A stretch of 63,711 bases of DNA, filler included, from Octopus bimaculoides (GCF_001194135.2; 5 parts of 4 records of this genome joined end to end with filler, not necessarily neighbours in it), one strand, 5' to 3'. Positions 1 through 14,510 are shown, counted from the whole stretch's first letter. A program made the numbers and translations. The notes: generated from the letters alone by a model not told the origin.

Positions 1-71
<71 letters not shown>

Positions 72-1353
72 GTATGCATATATGTGTATATGTATGGGTG
101 TATATGTACATGTGTATGCGTATAGGTATGTATATGGATGTGTGTATATGTATTTGTAAATATATTTTAAAACATATTTATGTATACATGCGTATATGTA
201 TATGAATGTGCAACTATATGATAGGCATGTTTATGTGCATATATGCATTAGTAAGTGTGCATATGACTGTGTATGTGTGTGTGTGCGCACGCGTGCGTGT
301 GTTCACCTGATCGTGTGTGCCTGAGCGTGTGTGTATGTATGTGTTCGCGTATGTGTATGTGTGTGTGTTTGCATTACAATGGCTTCTTTAAATTTTTCAT
401 ATTGAATTTGTTTCTGAAATATTTCTCGTGTGAAAGAGCGCCATTGAACATGTTTTATGCAACAATTACCATTTAAATAAAAGGTAATATTTGAATGGAA
501 GCGAGTTTACATTGAGGAATGGACGGAAGTGTAGTCTAAAAGGAATATATAGCATTCCAGGAATATCTATTCCTTCAGGCGAAACTAAGCAACCATCATC
601 TCTATGGATTCCTCAAATTTTCAAACATGTACATCAGAGCGTCTACAAATATTCAATTCTTGTGATATATATTGTATTGGTTATGGGTTATTGTGCCACA
701 ATATTGCAGATTGATTTTGACTTATTATTATATGTTGCATCAACGTTTCCCGAGATTGTTTATGTAATATCTTACAGCGTGACTTGAAAGATATAAAGTT
801 ACACGATGAAGGAACACCACGATACAGGTAGTTAAACTTTCAAGTAGTTAAAAAACACATATTGGACAAAATATTCGGTTCAGATTTTTGCATAGAACCA
901 GTAATTTCGTGAGATGGGTTAAACTGATTTCATCGGCACCGGTGCTTAACTGGTACTTATTTTATCGACCCCGAAAGGAGGAAAGGCAATGTCAATCTCG
1001 GTGGATTTTGAACTCAGATCATAAAGACAGGTGAAATTCACTTAAGCACTGTGTCTGGCGCGCTAACAATTCTGCAAGCTCGCTGCTTCACTTTGGACTA
1101 ACTATTATGCTCAAATTTTGAGACAAGGCCAAATTTTGGAGCAGCGTGAGGTGAGGTGAGGTTGGGTAAAGTCGATTACGTCGAACCCAGTACACAACTG
1201 CTACTTCAGTGAAAGGCTCAAAGGGAGATTCGACCACAGCGCAATTTGAAATCAGAACGTGAAGACGGACGAAATGCTGCTAAGCATTTTGTCCGACATG
1301 CTAAGTATTCTGCCAGCTCGCTGCCTTAAATTAAACTAAATATTAAGATGCCG

Positions 1354-2530
1354 GGGTGGCTGTGTGGTAAGTAGCTTTCTTACCAACCACATGGTTCCGA
1401 GTTCAGTCCCACTGCGTAGTACCTTGGGCAAGTGTCTTCTATAGCCTCGGGCCAACCGAAGCCTTGTGAATGGATTTGGTAGACGGAAACTGAAAGAAAG
1501 AAGCCCGTCATATATATATATATATANNNNNNNNNNNNNNNNNNNNNNNNNNNNNNNNNNNNNNNNNNNNNNNNNNNNNNNNNNNNNNNNNNNNNNNNNN
1601 NNNNNNNNNNNNNNNNNNNNNNNNNNNNNNNNNNNNNNNNNNNNNNNNNNNNNNNNNNNNNNNNNNNNNNNNNNNNNNNNNNNNNNNNNNNNNNNNNNNN
1701 NNNNNNNNNNNNNNNNNNNNNNNNNNNNNNNNNNNNNNNNNNNNNNNNNNNNNNNNNNNNNNNNNNNNNNNNNNNNNNNNNNNNNNNNNNNNNNNNNNNN
1801 NNNNNNNNNNNNNNNNNNNNNNNNNNNNNNNNNNNNNNNNNNNNNNNNNNNNNNNNNNNNNNNNNNNNNNNNNNNNNNNNNNNNNNNNNNNNNNNNNNNN
1901 NNNNNNNNNNNNNNNNNNNNNNNNNNNNNNNNNNNNNNNNNNNNNNNNNNNNNNNNNNNNNNNNNNNNNNNNNNNNNNNNNNNNNNNNNNNNNNNNNNNN
2001 NNNNNNNNNNNNNNNNNNNNNNNNNNNNNNNNNNNNNNNNNNNNNNNNNNNNNNNNNNNNNNNNNNNNNNNNNNNNNNNNNNNNNNNNNNNNNNNNNNNN
2101 NNNNNNNNNNNNNNNNNNNNNNNNNNNNNNNNNNNNNNNNNNNNNNNNNNNNNNNNNNNNNNNNNNNNNNNNNNNNNNNNNNNNNNNNNNNNNNNNNNNN
2201 NNNNNNNNNNNNNNNNNNNNNNNNNNNNNNNNNNNNNNNNNNNNNNNNNNNNNNNNNNNNNNNNNNNNNNNNNNNNNNNNNNNNNNNNNNNNNNNNNNNN
2301 NNNNNNNNATGCATCTTTCTATCTGTACTTGCCCATCAACGCCACGATTTAACAACCGGTGCTGGTGTGTTTACATTCCCGTAACCGGCAAAAGTGACTG
2401 ATAGAATAAGTAGAAGGATTATAGCAAAAAAAAATATATGTACTGGGATCGATTCATGCGACTAAAAATTCTTTAAGGTCGTACTCCAGCACGGCCCCAG
2501 TCTCATGACTTAACGAGTAAAAGATAAAGG
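1354..2530 (+). mobile_element. SINE family A copy (internal gap)
   Basis: Same head and tail as 15590-15995. Confidence 0.8.
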
Positions 2531-2611
2531 ATCAAGAAAATAAAGACCCTAAAGGGATTAACACAAGTTAATATCTTCCTCCAAAAATGTTTCTTTTAAT
2601 TTATAGTGGTA

Positions 2612-2841
2612 CAAAGTGGCCCAAAAGTAGGTTTACAGTTATCACGTAGGCACTTAACATTTAAAACATTTTATTACGTTTAAATTTCTATCTTACACAC
2701 TGAAAAGAGTGCTTCACAAAATCAACTAAATTAACATAGAATAATGGTTTCATATCTTTTAATAATCAAGATCTAAACTGTTAATATATGAATGCAAAAG
2801 AGATAGTTGAATAACTGTAAACCTACTTTTGGGCCACCCTG
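2612..2841. mobile_element. Tc1/mariner-type MITE
   Basis: 29-bp TIRs caaagtggcccaaaagtaggtttacagtt / aactgtaaacctacttttgggccaccctg (2 mismatches), flanked by TA on both sides; AT-rich non-coding interior. Confidence 0.85.
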
Positions 2842-3896
2842 TATAAACGATATTACATATATTCATTCGAAAAATATTTAAAAAGAAAAGCAAAACAAAG
2901 AAAGATAATATAATTGCTTTAATATAAATAATATTTATTATTGTATAATGAGAATGAATTTCCTGATTAGCAGAAATTGTTTTTCAGTTAAATTTATTAC
3001 ACTTGACTTACGTTTCTGTAAGTTTAAATTTCCTTGCATTCTATGGTTCCTTTTGTAGAAATCTATGGAGCCTTTGTACCATCAAACTCAAAAGAAATAA
3101 CAAATTGTTTTGTTTAGTTTTTTTCCTCGCTCTGATTTCGAAATATCACGTTTTTAACAAAATTATATCGAATGTGGAAATATAAAAGGAATATAAATTT
3201 TTAAAAAAACGCAACGACAAAGAAATAATAGTAATAATAAAACAATTTACAGTCGAGTCTTTTTTTTTTGTTTTTAATGAAACGAACAAATTAACGCATG
3301 AAGAAAGAAAGAAGAATTTTAAAATATTCGAAAAATAAAATGTATAACTACCAAAAACCAAGGACAATATAATAGGTCAATATCATCTTCCAATTGTCGG
3401 GAGCATCTCAGACTAGAAGTAGGCTTCACTGCACTGATATGAATGCTGGGGNNNNNNNNNNNNNNNNNNNNNNNNNNNNNNNNNNNNNNNNNNNNNNNNN
3501 NNNNNNNNNNNNNNNNNNNNNNNNNNNNNNNNNNNNNNNNNNNNNNNNNNNNNNNNNNNNNNNNNNNNNNNNNNNNNNNNNNNNNNNNNNNNNNNNNNNN
3601 NNNNNNNNNNNNNNNNNNNNNNNNNNNNNNNNNNNNNNNNNNNNNNNNNNNNNNNNNNNNNNNNNNNNNNNNNNNNNNNNNNNNNNNNNNNNNNNNNNNN
3701 NNNNNNNNNNNNNNNNNNNNNNNNNNNNNNNNNNNNNNNNNNNNNNNNNNNNNNNNNNNNNNNNNNNNNNNNNNNNNNNNNNNNNNNNNNNNNNNNNNNN
3801 NNNNNNNNNNNNNNNNNNNNNNNNNNNNNNNNNNNNNNNNNNNNNNNNNNNNNNNNNNNNNNNNNNNNNNNNNNNNNNNNNNNNNNNNNNNNNNNN

Positions 3897-3946
<50 letters not shown>

Positions 3947-4074
3947 AAAAATAATGAAACTAGAAACGTGTGTAATAGGGTTTTGCAAATGAGAATCCTT
4001 TCAAATGATATTTGTTCTTTCTTCACTATAATACTCCAAATGCTACTGCTTCTCTAAAAAAATCTCTCTAACAC

Positions 4075-4500
4075 GATGGCTGTGTGGTAAGAAGCTTGCT
4101 TTCCAACCACATGGTTCCGGGTTCAGTCTCACTGAGTAGCACCTTAGGCATGTGTCTTCTATTATAGCCTTGTGAGTGGATTTGGTAGATGGAAACTGAA
4201 GACGCCCATTATATATATGTGTATATATGTGTGTATATTTACATGGATGTATGTATGTATATATTTGTGTGTTTGTATCTGTGTTTGTCCCACCACCACA
4301 ACCATCGCTTGACTACCGATGGGGGTGTGTTTACGTCCCCGTAGATTAGCTGTTCGGCAAAGAGATCGATAGAATAAGCACTAGACTTACAAAGAATAAG
4401 TTCTAGGGTCAATTTGTTCGACTAAAACCCCTTAAGGTGGTACTCCAGCATGGTCGCAGTCACATGACTGAAACTGGTAAAAGAGGAAAAGAATAACAGT
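4075..4500 (+). mobile_element. SINE family A copy
   Basis: Same head and tail as 15590-15995. Confidence 0.8.
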
Positions 4501-4514
4501 ATTATTATCATTAC

Positions 4515-4559
<45 letters not shown>

Positions 4560-4850
4560 TATTATTATTATTATGTACTCAACAGATTAGACTGTTAGAA
4601 AAGAAAAGAATCCTAACATCGGGCTACAAGTAGATTTATATGCTAAGAACCCTCCTACTGGGTTACAGCAAGTAACCTTAGATGCGAAGAACCCTCCGAA
4701 GTATCGTAGCTGTCCATAATAACACTGCTTATGATAGGCACAGGCGTATGAAGGAGTGTGCTGCCCAGCCATATCGTTCCGGTTTCAGTCCAACTGCGTG
4801 GTACCTATTGCTCCGGGCTGATCAAAGACTTGTGAGGATTTCAGAGACAA

Positions 4851-4950
4851 NNNNNNNNNNNNNNNNNNNNNNNNNNNNNNNNNNNNNNNNNNNNTTAATT
4901 AATTAANNNNNNNNNNNNNNNNNNNNNNNNNNNNNNNNNNNNNNNNNNNN
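4851..4950. other. Artificial scaffold linker N44-TTAATTAATTAA-N44
   Basis: Identical 100-nt cassettes at 4851-4950, 10511-10610, 29884-29983 and 45102-45201. Confidence 0.95.
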
Positions 4951-5202
4951 ATATATATATATATATATATATACATATATACATATTCTTTTATTATTTT
5001 TCCTTTACTTGTTGCAGGCATTAGGCCGCGGCCATGTCGGGGCACCGCCTTGAATTTTTTAGTCAAATGAATCGACACCAGTACTTATTTTTAAATACTG
5101 GTATTCAATGTATCAGTCTCTTTTGCCGAATCGTTAAGTTACGAGGAAACAAACACACCAACTCCGGTTGTCAAGCGGTGATGGAGTGACAAACACAGAA
5201 AG

Positions 5203-5237
<35 letters not shown>

Positions 5238-5879
5238 TATATATACGACAGGTATATATACACACACATGTATATACTCACACACGTATATTTTCTGAGC
5301 TTTCTGAATAAGGCTATAATTTAATCAAACATTACGAATGTACGAGTGGCCTCTATTCAGTCGCTCCGTCTTATAGAAATAGAAGCCGTATTTCCTGTAA
5401 CTCACACCTTACAATTTTGAAAAAGGGAAAGGACATATCAGATGATATACAGCGAGGATATACAATTCTGCACGACCAGGACTAACTAGGGCTGAACATT
5501 ACTATGACAACAAATAATATCACAGTCGTATATGACCACTGTACTTGAAGCACGGCTACACAACTACTTAAACATTTCGACCATCATTTAAATACATGTC
5601 TTTAGACAAATAGCTAAGAGTAGCATCTGGAGGATTCAGTGAGCGAGTCTCTCCGTCTGTGGTTCCCATTCTAATGTGTGTTTTGACTCCTGGTGATCCA
5701 CAAACATAGGACCGGAAGTCCATGAGTTGGATTCAAATTTGCTTGAGGAGAATGGACATTTGAAAGTCTGGTGTCTGTAGGAGAGTTCATTTCAGTAAAC
5801 GGAGATTGTCGGTTGTGAAATAGTTGGAGACCGCTACTCTACGTCATCGCTTGTTTTGCAGGAAATATCAGCCTCTCTC

Positions 5880-6340
5880 TCAATCCTTTTTGCCCCTTGT
5901 CGACCATAGGGCCTCAACAGTTATTTTCCACTTTTTGCGGTCATTGGCGTGTTTCTTGGCTGCTTCCCAAATCAGGCCGGTGGTCCTGAGCTCGTCCAAA
6001 ATGCTCCGTTTCCATGTCTGCTTCGGGCGTCCTCGCTTCCTTTTCCCCTGCGGGTTCCAGTCAAGTGCTTGTCGTGTCACATTTGAGGGTTCTTACCGCA
6101 GTGTGAGTCCGATCCATTTCCATTTCCTTCGTATAATTTGAACATGTATGGGATCCTGGTTGGCCCTTTCCCACAGGTCGGTGTTTGGCACTCTGTCGAA
6201 CCACTTCAGACGGAGAATCTGCCGGGCCTACTACTTCTAAAATCACAGCCAATGATCTTTAAAAAATACAGTCTTGATACCGTAATCTTTGTACGTTGTG
6301 TTTGTAAGAAGATGGAATGGTCAAGGCTGGAAATACTTTG
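5880..6340 (-). mobile_element. RTE-clade LINE, 3' end of the RT ORF
   Basis: [61 protein letters not shown]...ANDRKKWKITVEAL. Confidence 0.85.
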
Positions 6341-6366
6341 ATCATAGGTCTTCTGAATCACTGTAG

Positions 6367-6410
6367 AACAACAAGTGTCAAACAACAAGTGTCAAACAAC
6401 AAGTGTCACT
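6367..6410. repeat. 14-bp tandem repeat x3
   Basis: (aacaacaagtgtca)3. Confidence 0.9.
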
Positions 6411-7367
6411 ACCATAAACTACTACCAGCGAGCTTAATAGGTCCATTGATCTTCTAGTTTAGTGAGCTAAGGCTTATTAAGAACTAAACAACAACCATGA
6501 CTATTTCATATCAGCAACATGAAGGGCCATCAGTTATATGCCACTATAACACTCGACGCCAAACATACCATACATGCAGAAGAAGAAAATATAATTCTTA
6601 TACAATATTCACGACATAAGTCGAAAACATAGAAAAGAATGCAAAATGATGCACAATATTACAGAGAGAAACAACAGGTATCATATTTATTCAAGACCAC
6701 AGCGACCAGTTGGAAGAGTTGTTAGAACTCTTTGTCTTTGCGCTCTGTGTTCAAATCCAGTCAAAATAAAATTCGCCTCTCGTACATCCAGGAATATTAA
6801 ATAACGGATCTTTCCTATATCTTCTCTCTCTGTCACGTTTTCTTTTTAGCTGTCTGTCTTTCTCTCTTCTGGAAGAAATCGGTTGCGCCCAATCTAGAGA
6901 TGGATGCTCACCCTCCACTAAATCTAAAAAATACTCAAGATGCAGCTTATGCAACGTTGGTGCTTTTTCGATTCCATCGTGCAACTGAGCGTTCAAGACG
7001 AAGTAAAGCTATACACAAATAATACATCTGAACCATTGTGGATGAAGAAAGCCATCCCAGCCTCTGTTGCTTCTAATCTTTCTATAAAGACCATAAACTG
7101 CAGAAAACGTAACAAGCCATCATTGAATCCTCTAAGTAGATGCTCGATTTGCAAGAAATAGTAGCTAAATCTTTTTCATATCACACACTGCCATCTTACG
7201 TTAGATAAAGTGATTTCGAAGTCCATGCACAGAGAAAAAGATTCGCCAAGCAATTAATAAATCAAAAAGAGAAAAACTTCCTTCAAGGGTTTTCGAACAT
7301 AAAACCAACGAAACAAGGGAAATTAGACCAATATGTTATGTTGATTACTTCCTTTGAACCGTATAGA

Positions 7368-7420
7368 GCAGTGGTCACCAACTCTTTTTACCCTATAGAC
7401 CGGTTTCTTACATACAATCA
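7368..7420 (+). mobile_element. Possible hAT-type terminus
   Basis: tatagagCAGTGGTCACCAACTC resembles hAT/Charlie ends; no partner end found. Confidence 0.3.
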
Positions 7421-7869
7421 TACAAATGGGAAATTTTCCGTATGTTTATACAAGCTATAAAATTTCACTTTATACATTACTTACCGTTTGGATTCACTGG
7501 ACCCTCGAATTAAATTCATACAATACTCTTGTCATTATAAACAAAATCAAATCAGTATCAAATATTATTTTACTAGATATTTATTAAAATAGATAAAATT
7601 ATATTCAATTTATTTGCTGAATTTTAGATAAAATAGGAAAAATTATGAAAATATTCCTGCAAATTTGTGTGGTATTGCATCACCTTCAATCTGCTAAATT
7701 ATAGAGTGATGCAATATATCTATGTGATGACGCAATTCTTACAATATATCGTATCATCTTTCAGGAGAGTATAAATATGTGAGAGAGAGAGAGAGAGAGC
7801 AATATCTGCCATTAGACTGCTATCAAGTTTCATATAGTTCAGTTGTGCTTTCCAATATGCCTAGACATG

Positions 7870-8440
7870 AAAACTTGAGTGAACACCAAATATCGAAAAG
7901 GTTATTGCTCTGAAGATGATGGTGAAAGTGATTATGTTCTGGACAGTTTAGGTTCTGTGTCATCAGATGATGAAGATACTCAAAAACAATTATCTGCAAG
8001 CCACCCAATTACGATTGAGCAATACGTTTCTAGAGACAGACAAGAAGTTTTGCATTCTAATCCTCTTACTCGAGCAGCAGTAAGAACTTCATCTTGCAAT
8101 ATTGTGCGCCGAGAATGTGGACCATCCCGTTTTGCGATGGCATTGAAACATGTTTTACTATCTTTATGCGCCGGAATCTTCTTGAAGTAATTCTTGAAAG
8201 TGAGGTTGTTTACAAAGATAAATGGAAGGAAATTGATCACTTTGAACTAAAGACAATTATTGGACTGATTATTCTTATAGGTGTTTATAAAATTAAACAT
8301 GAAAATGTCACACAGTTATAGAGTCAAGAAGATGGCCGCCCCAATATTCAACAAAATTATGAGCCGGGGAAGATTTCAACAGCTTTTACAAGTATTGCGT
8401 TTTGATGATGCTAGTGCAAGAAGAAAAATGAGAATTGATG
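7870..8440 (+). mobile_element. Degenerate piggyBac (PGBD4-like) transposase fragment
   Basis: Pieces ELKTIIGLIILIGVYK...QEDGRPIFNKIMSRGRFQQLLQVLRFDD across frameshifts and stops. Confidence 0.75.
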
Positions 8441-9966
8441 TACTTCACTAGAACATTATTTTCGACCGCAATGGTGCTAAACGGTGTGGTAAACGGAAAA
8501 TGAAAGAAACCCGTCGCGCCCACGCGTGTTTGTCTTCAACCACTGCTTGGCAATCGGTGTTGGATTGTTTACGTCCTCGTAACATAGCAGTTCGGCAAAA
8601 AAGACCGATGGGATAAGTATCAGACGTAAACCAAAAACATTGGGGTCGATTTGTTTCACTAAAACCTTAAAGGCGGTGCCCCAGCATGTCTGCAGTTCAA
8701 TGACTGAAACATGTAAAATGTAAAGATGAAACTGGTTATTCAACAACGGCAAGGAAAACACAAGCTCGAAAGTTCTAGATGCACTGTACAGATGAAAAAC
8801 AGGATGACCACGGCTGGGAGGCCTTGTCTAATCAAAAGCTGTGGCTATACATGAAGGAAAAATACTAAATAAAACTAGATACAGTACGAAAGCGAAAAAT
8901 ACTGGCTGACCATGGTCGGATCGTTTTCCCATGTAGCCATTAGTCGATTCGATCAGGAATATGATGTAGATATATACAACAATGACAAGGAAGAACACAC
9001 GAGATAATGTAGTCCTAGATGCACTATGTAAATAAAAGAAACACAGGAATACTTCAATTACGGGGACCCGCTTTAGGAGAGACCGGATTTACGTGTTTTA
9101 TTTTTCAGTTCACGTTTGTATGGTGAGATGAGATTTTTCAAGCACAAGATCTAAATTTTGAACGAAGTACAAAAGTTTCTACTACCATAATAAATGCTTC
9201 TGCATGTTACCAAGAAATATATTGAGTGCGAAAAAAAAAAGCTACTTCTAAGCAAACACCTCTATGCTTGTTTTTTAAAAGGAAATCTTCCATTCCACCT
9301 ACGAGTGCTTGTGGTGGTGTATACAAGTGATGGTGTGTGCGAGTCTAGTGCGAATGAGAGTGATTCAGAAAACGATAATAATAATAATATTTTTTATTAT
9401 AAATAATCTTGACATTCTTTTTACTTTACATAAAATATTCTTTACATTGTTTTATTGTCATTTGCTTACGAGAATTATAAATATTATAGGTAAAATATTA
9501 TTCTGGTAACGAATTACGTTTTATAGCATTGCTACTACGGGAACTTATTCCTCTGCTTCACGAGTTTTCGCTTTACGAGCGATCCCCGGGAATAAATTAA
9601 CTCGTAGATCGAGGCATTACACGATAGTAACGGCTGAAAGGCTGTTAAACGTTCATACCTCTTTAGTCGATGAGGGTCGTTATGGAGTTAATTGCAACTA
9701 TAGAACAACTAGAATTTTCTATAGTTCAGCAAGGGAAAGTCGTTCAACATTTCACATGACTCACTGACTGCTTGCCTGACTGTCTGACAACGAACTGACT
9801 GACTCAGGGATTCACTTCCGGTATGCCTGAATGTATGTCAATGTGTCAGTGTGTCAGTAGAAGAAGGCTTTCTAGGCTGCCACGTGTAACACAAAGCCCC
9901 ATCTCTCTTTCTTTTTCTTTTTTCTCGTTCTCTCTTACTTTCTTATTCTCTCTCTTTCTCACTCTC

Positions 9967-10049
<83 letters not shown>

Positions 10050-10170
10050 CTCGCTTTCTCTCTCTTCCCCTGTGATGTTCTTTCCTTCATAAACATTCTA
10101 TCACACTCATTCTCATTTTCGCTCATTCTTTCACTCATTCACTGCATTCCTCTCTAGTTATCTATTCATA

Positions 10171-10204
<34 letters not shown>

Positions 10205-10205
10205 A

Positions 10206-10261
<56 letters not shown>

Positions 10262-10371
10262 GTAAATATCAACCAATCTAGCTATTTATCTGTCTGTCTA
10301 ACTGCCTGTCTGGCAGTTATCTGTCTGCCAGTCTATTTCTCTATCTATCTTTTTATTTGTATGTATACAAG

Positions 10372-10457
<86 letters not shown>

Positions 10458-10622
10458 TAAAAAAATATTAATATATGCATATATATATAATATATATATA
10501 TATATGTGTGNNNNNNNNNNNNNNNNNNNNNNNNNNNNNNNNNNNNNNNNNNNNTTAATTAATTAANNNNNNNNNNNNNNNNNNNNNNNNNNNNNNNNNN
10601 NNNNNNNNNNTATACATACATA

Positions 10623-11936
10623 TAAGGTTGAGTAAAAAGTAAGCACCATTTTAAACCATGTAGAAATTGTACTGGATTTTTGCAGAATTTTTTTTGAATT
10701 TTTTTAAAACATTTTTTTTGCATGTGTCTGACAATGCAAACATAGACTTGCCCAAATGTATCAATAGATTAACATTGATATTTTTTTCACCCTTGTTACA
10801 ATCATTTGAATTGGAACTGTCAAAGTGCAATATTTGAGCAAGTTTTCTATTCAACTTCAGAAAGGATGTAAAGCAGCTGAAACTGCTTGCAATATCAATG
10901 AAACGTTTGGTGAGGAAATGACCAGTGAGTGGTCAGCTTGTAAATGGTTTAAATGATTTTGCAGTGGAGACCTGAGCTTTGAAGATTGTGAGTGTAGTGG
11001 ACACCCATCTGTCATCGATGATGTTCAATTAAAGACCATCTTTTTTGAAAGATCCACGTAAAGCCACTCAAGAACTGGCAAAAGAACTTCAAGTTAGCCA
11101 GAAAACTGCTTGCAACTATTTGCATGTGATCAGAAAATTAAAAAAGCTTGACAAATGGGTGCCACACAATTTTAATGAAAATCAGAAAATGCACAGATAT
11201 GAAATTTGCTCGTCACTTCTTTTCCGAAACCAGACTGATCCATTTCTCGACCATATTGTAACTTGTGATGAAAAGTGGATTCTGCACACAAAAAAAAACA
11301 ACAAAAAACAAAAGAAAACACAGTCTTTTCAGTGGTTGGACCAAAATTAAGCACCGAATACCTTCCCTAAACCCAAGCTCTTCTAAAAGAAGGTTATAGT
11401 CACTGTTCCGTGGTGTACTGCTAGTCTCATCCACTATAACTTCTTAAAACCGGAAAAAACCATTACTACAGAAATATATTGCCATGAAGTTGCCAAAATG
11501 AAGGAAAAACTGCTACTCTTTTGTCCCAGAATGGTCAACAGAAGAGGGCCAATCATTCTTCATGACTATGCTTAACTAATTTCACTAATGATGTTCCAGA
11601 AGTTGAGGGAACTTGGCTACGAAGTTATTCCCCACCCAGCTTATTCCTCAGACCTTTCTCCTACCGACTACCACTTTTTCAAGCACCTTGACGGTTTCCT
11701 GTGAAAGAAGGAGTTCAAAAATCAAACCGATGTTGAAAGTGTGTTCAAAGAGTTCATCAGCTCCAGAACTCCAGATTTTATGTTACCGGAATATACAAAC
11801 TGTAACTCGTTGGTAGAAATGTGTTGATCGTAATGGTATTTACTTTGATGAGTAAAATTTCTGCATTGTTGAAATATATTGAGATGAATTTCATGTTTCA
11901 AATTTCAAACCGTTGCTTACTTTTTACTCAGCCTGA
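10623..11936 (+). mobile_element. Full-length decayed mariner (Tc1/mariner, D,D34D type) transposon
   Basis: TIRs taaggttgagtaaaaagtaagca / tgcttactttttactcagcctga (2 mismatches), TA duplications at 10621-10622 and 11937-11938, length 1314 bp. Transposase motifs WVPH, IVTCDEKWI and HPAYSSDLSPTDYHFF, with stops and frameshifts. Confidence 0.95.
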
Positions 11937-11943
11937 TATATAT

Positions 11944-11944
<1 letters not shown>

Positions 11945-11994
<50 letters not shown>

Positions 11995-12410
11995 TTCATC
12001 GTTTAGCATCCGCTTTCCATGCTAGCATGTGTTGGACGATTTGACAGAGGACTGGTGAACCAGATGGCTACACCAGGCTCCAATCTGATTTGGCAGAGTT
12101 TCTACAGCTGAATGCCCTTCCTAACGCCAACTGCTCCCAGAGTGTAGTGGGTGCTTTTACGTGCCACTGGCACGATGGCCAGTCAAGCAGTACTGGCAAC
12201 AATCTCGCTCGAAATGGTGTATATTACATGCCACCTACACAGGAGCCAGTCCAGCGGCACTGGCAACGATCTCGCTTGAATGTCTTTACGTGTGCCACCG
12301 AGACAAGTGCCAGGAAGGCAATGCTGGGCACAGGTGCCATCACGATTTCACTTTCGCTTGCCCAACAGGTCTTCACAAGCCGAGTTTCGTGTCCAGTGAA
12401 GGAGACGACG
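11945..12410 (-). mobile_element. RTE-3'-tail repeat copy
   Basis: Reverse complement of the same family. Further copies at about 14705-15080 (-), 19090-19435 (+), 37715-37960 (-) and 41040-41170 (-). Confidence 0.75.
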
Positions 12411-12420
12411 TATATATATG

Positions 12421-12500
<80 letters not shown>

Positions 12501-13230
12501 TACACACACACACATGCAGACATAAAAGGCCTTTCAACTATAAGACAACATTAAGACAGGACACGAGCAGTTGTAATGCTTTTCATATTAGATAGACATG
12601 TAAGGAATTTCCTATCAAAAATTCTTCGGAGAAAAACTATATAATTTTACGTTATATAATTTTACTGTGTGAAGATTTCTAATAGGAAATTCCTGACACG
12701 TCTATCTAACATGTAATTTGTTGGGATTCCTATTAGCAAATGAAACATGTGTAATGGTGTACAAATGATACCAAAAAATTTCTACTTTCCTGTTTTGTAA
12801 TATGCATGCACACACACACACATGTGCACACACACACATATGCACACACACACATACATATGTGCACACACATACATATGTATATATATNNNNNNNNNNN
12901 NNNNNNNNNNNNNNNACATGTATGTATGTGTGTGTGTGTGTGCATGTGTGTGTACGTATGTATGCATGTATGTATGTGTGTTTGTTTCACATCCCGCTTG
13001 ACAAGTGATGTTGGTTTGTTTACATCCTTGTAACTTTATGGTGCAGCAAAAGAGCCTGATGGAATAAGTAACAGACTTATATAAAAAAAGTAAGTATTGT
13101 GGTCAGTTTGTTTGACAAAGCCCTTAAATGCAGTTCCCCACCTCCAGCATGGTCGTTGTTCATTGATTACCTGAAACAAGTGAGAAACAGAAGAAGAAAC
13201 TAATTGCCATAATTTCATTTGTTTTTATAG

Positions 13231-13375
13231 GAAACCTGAAGAACCAGAGATCCAAAGATTATTCCCAAATGCCAAGATACAACATGTTCCAAATGCTGGA
13301 CATTGGCTACACTCTGAAAAACCAAAAGAATTTTTAGCTGCAGTTAATTCTTTTTTAGAAACTTTACAAAATTAG
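13231..13375 (+). CDS. ABHD11: Terminal coding exon of an ABHD11-like alpha/beta hydrolase (esterase)
   Basis: Acceptor gtttttatAG at 13229-13230. Reads (x)KPEEPEIQRLFPNAKIQHVPNAGHWLHSEKPKEFLAAVNSFLETLQN* with TAG at 13373-13375. This matches the ABHD11/YbfF C-terminus as I recall it (EIMRLFPRAQMQTVPNAGHWIHADRPQDF), including the catalytic-His motif AGHW. AATAAA at 13408 in an AT-rich 3' flank. Upstream exons not found in the window. Confidence 0.85.
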
Positions 13376-14129
13376 ATAATTACAAGTAATAGTTATTGTC
13401 TTTTTTAAATAAAACGTGAGAAGCATTTTATTATTACACCTTATAAGATAACTAAAGAAACAAGAATTTTTGATATTTGATACAATTCCCAAGAATTTAA
13501 GAAATCTCAAAAAAAAAATGGTTTGTACTGTAATTAAAACAAAGTGGAAATAAGATCTTTTATTTATTCAACAGTTCTCAATACATAATTTCCGGGAAAG
13601 AAATATGGCTTTAAATTTCAATTATGAAAATAAAACTTTATTTATTTTGTTTTTCTTTATGTAGTTTCTTTTGTGTTTTAATTTTGTAAATTTTGCTTTT
13701 ATTTTCTAAGACAGAATCACAATGAAAGAAACGTTTATTTACTTTTGGAATACAATATTATTTTCATNNNNNNNNNNGAAAAAAAAAAAAAAAAAAATCA
13801 AAGTAATGCCCTAATATGACCATAGTCCAATGACTAGAACAGGTAAAAAATAAAAGACAGATATTGGTTTTTTTATATTTTCTCCTGGTCAGTTTTTATG
13901 AAGTGTACCTGTAGGATTGAAGAGATTTAGAGCTGTATCTATTCAATGACAGTAAGGTGTGATTTGCAGGCAATTTTGCTGCTATTTCTGGCAGGCTGTG
14001 TGGCCACAACAGTGCAGCATTTATCCAGTTTTTGTCTTCATGGTTTCCTGTACGTTAACTGAAAGAATAAATGGTGCAGTTCACATGGAAGTTAAATTTT
14101 TAAAAGAATGTTTTGAAGTTAGAATATAT

Positions 14130-14510
14130 TCTTTTATTTTTTACTTGTTTCAGTCATTTGACTGCAGCCATGCTGGAGCACTGCCTTTAGTTGAACAAAT
14201 TGACCCCAGGACTTATTCTTTGTAAGCCTAGTACTTATTCTATTGGATTCTTTTGTTGAACCACTAAGTGACAGGGACGTAAACACACCATCGGTTGTCA
14301 AGTGATGGTGGGGAAACAAGCACAGCCCCCCCCCCCCCCCCACACACACATATGTGATGGGCTTCTTTCAGTTTCTGTCTACCAAACCCCCACACAAGGC
14401 TTTTGGTCGGCCTGAGGCTATAGTAAAAGACACATGCCCAAGGTGTCAAGCAGTGGAACTAAACCCAGAACAATGTGGTTGGGAAGCGAGCTTCTTATCA
14501 CACAGCAACA
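14130..14510 (-). mobile_element. SINE family A copy
   Basis: Reverse complement of family A. Partial copies also at about 4985-5200 (-), 8530-8730 (+), 12985-13195 (+), 17005-17346 (+) and 32880-33030 (+). Confidence 0.8.

Noticed and set aside
9530-9625. Tigger/pogo-like terminus ctcgtagatcgaggcattac
   Set aside because: No matching opposite end identified; too weak to call.
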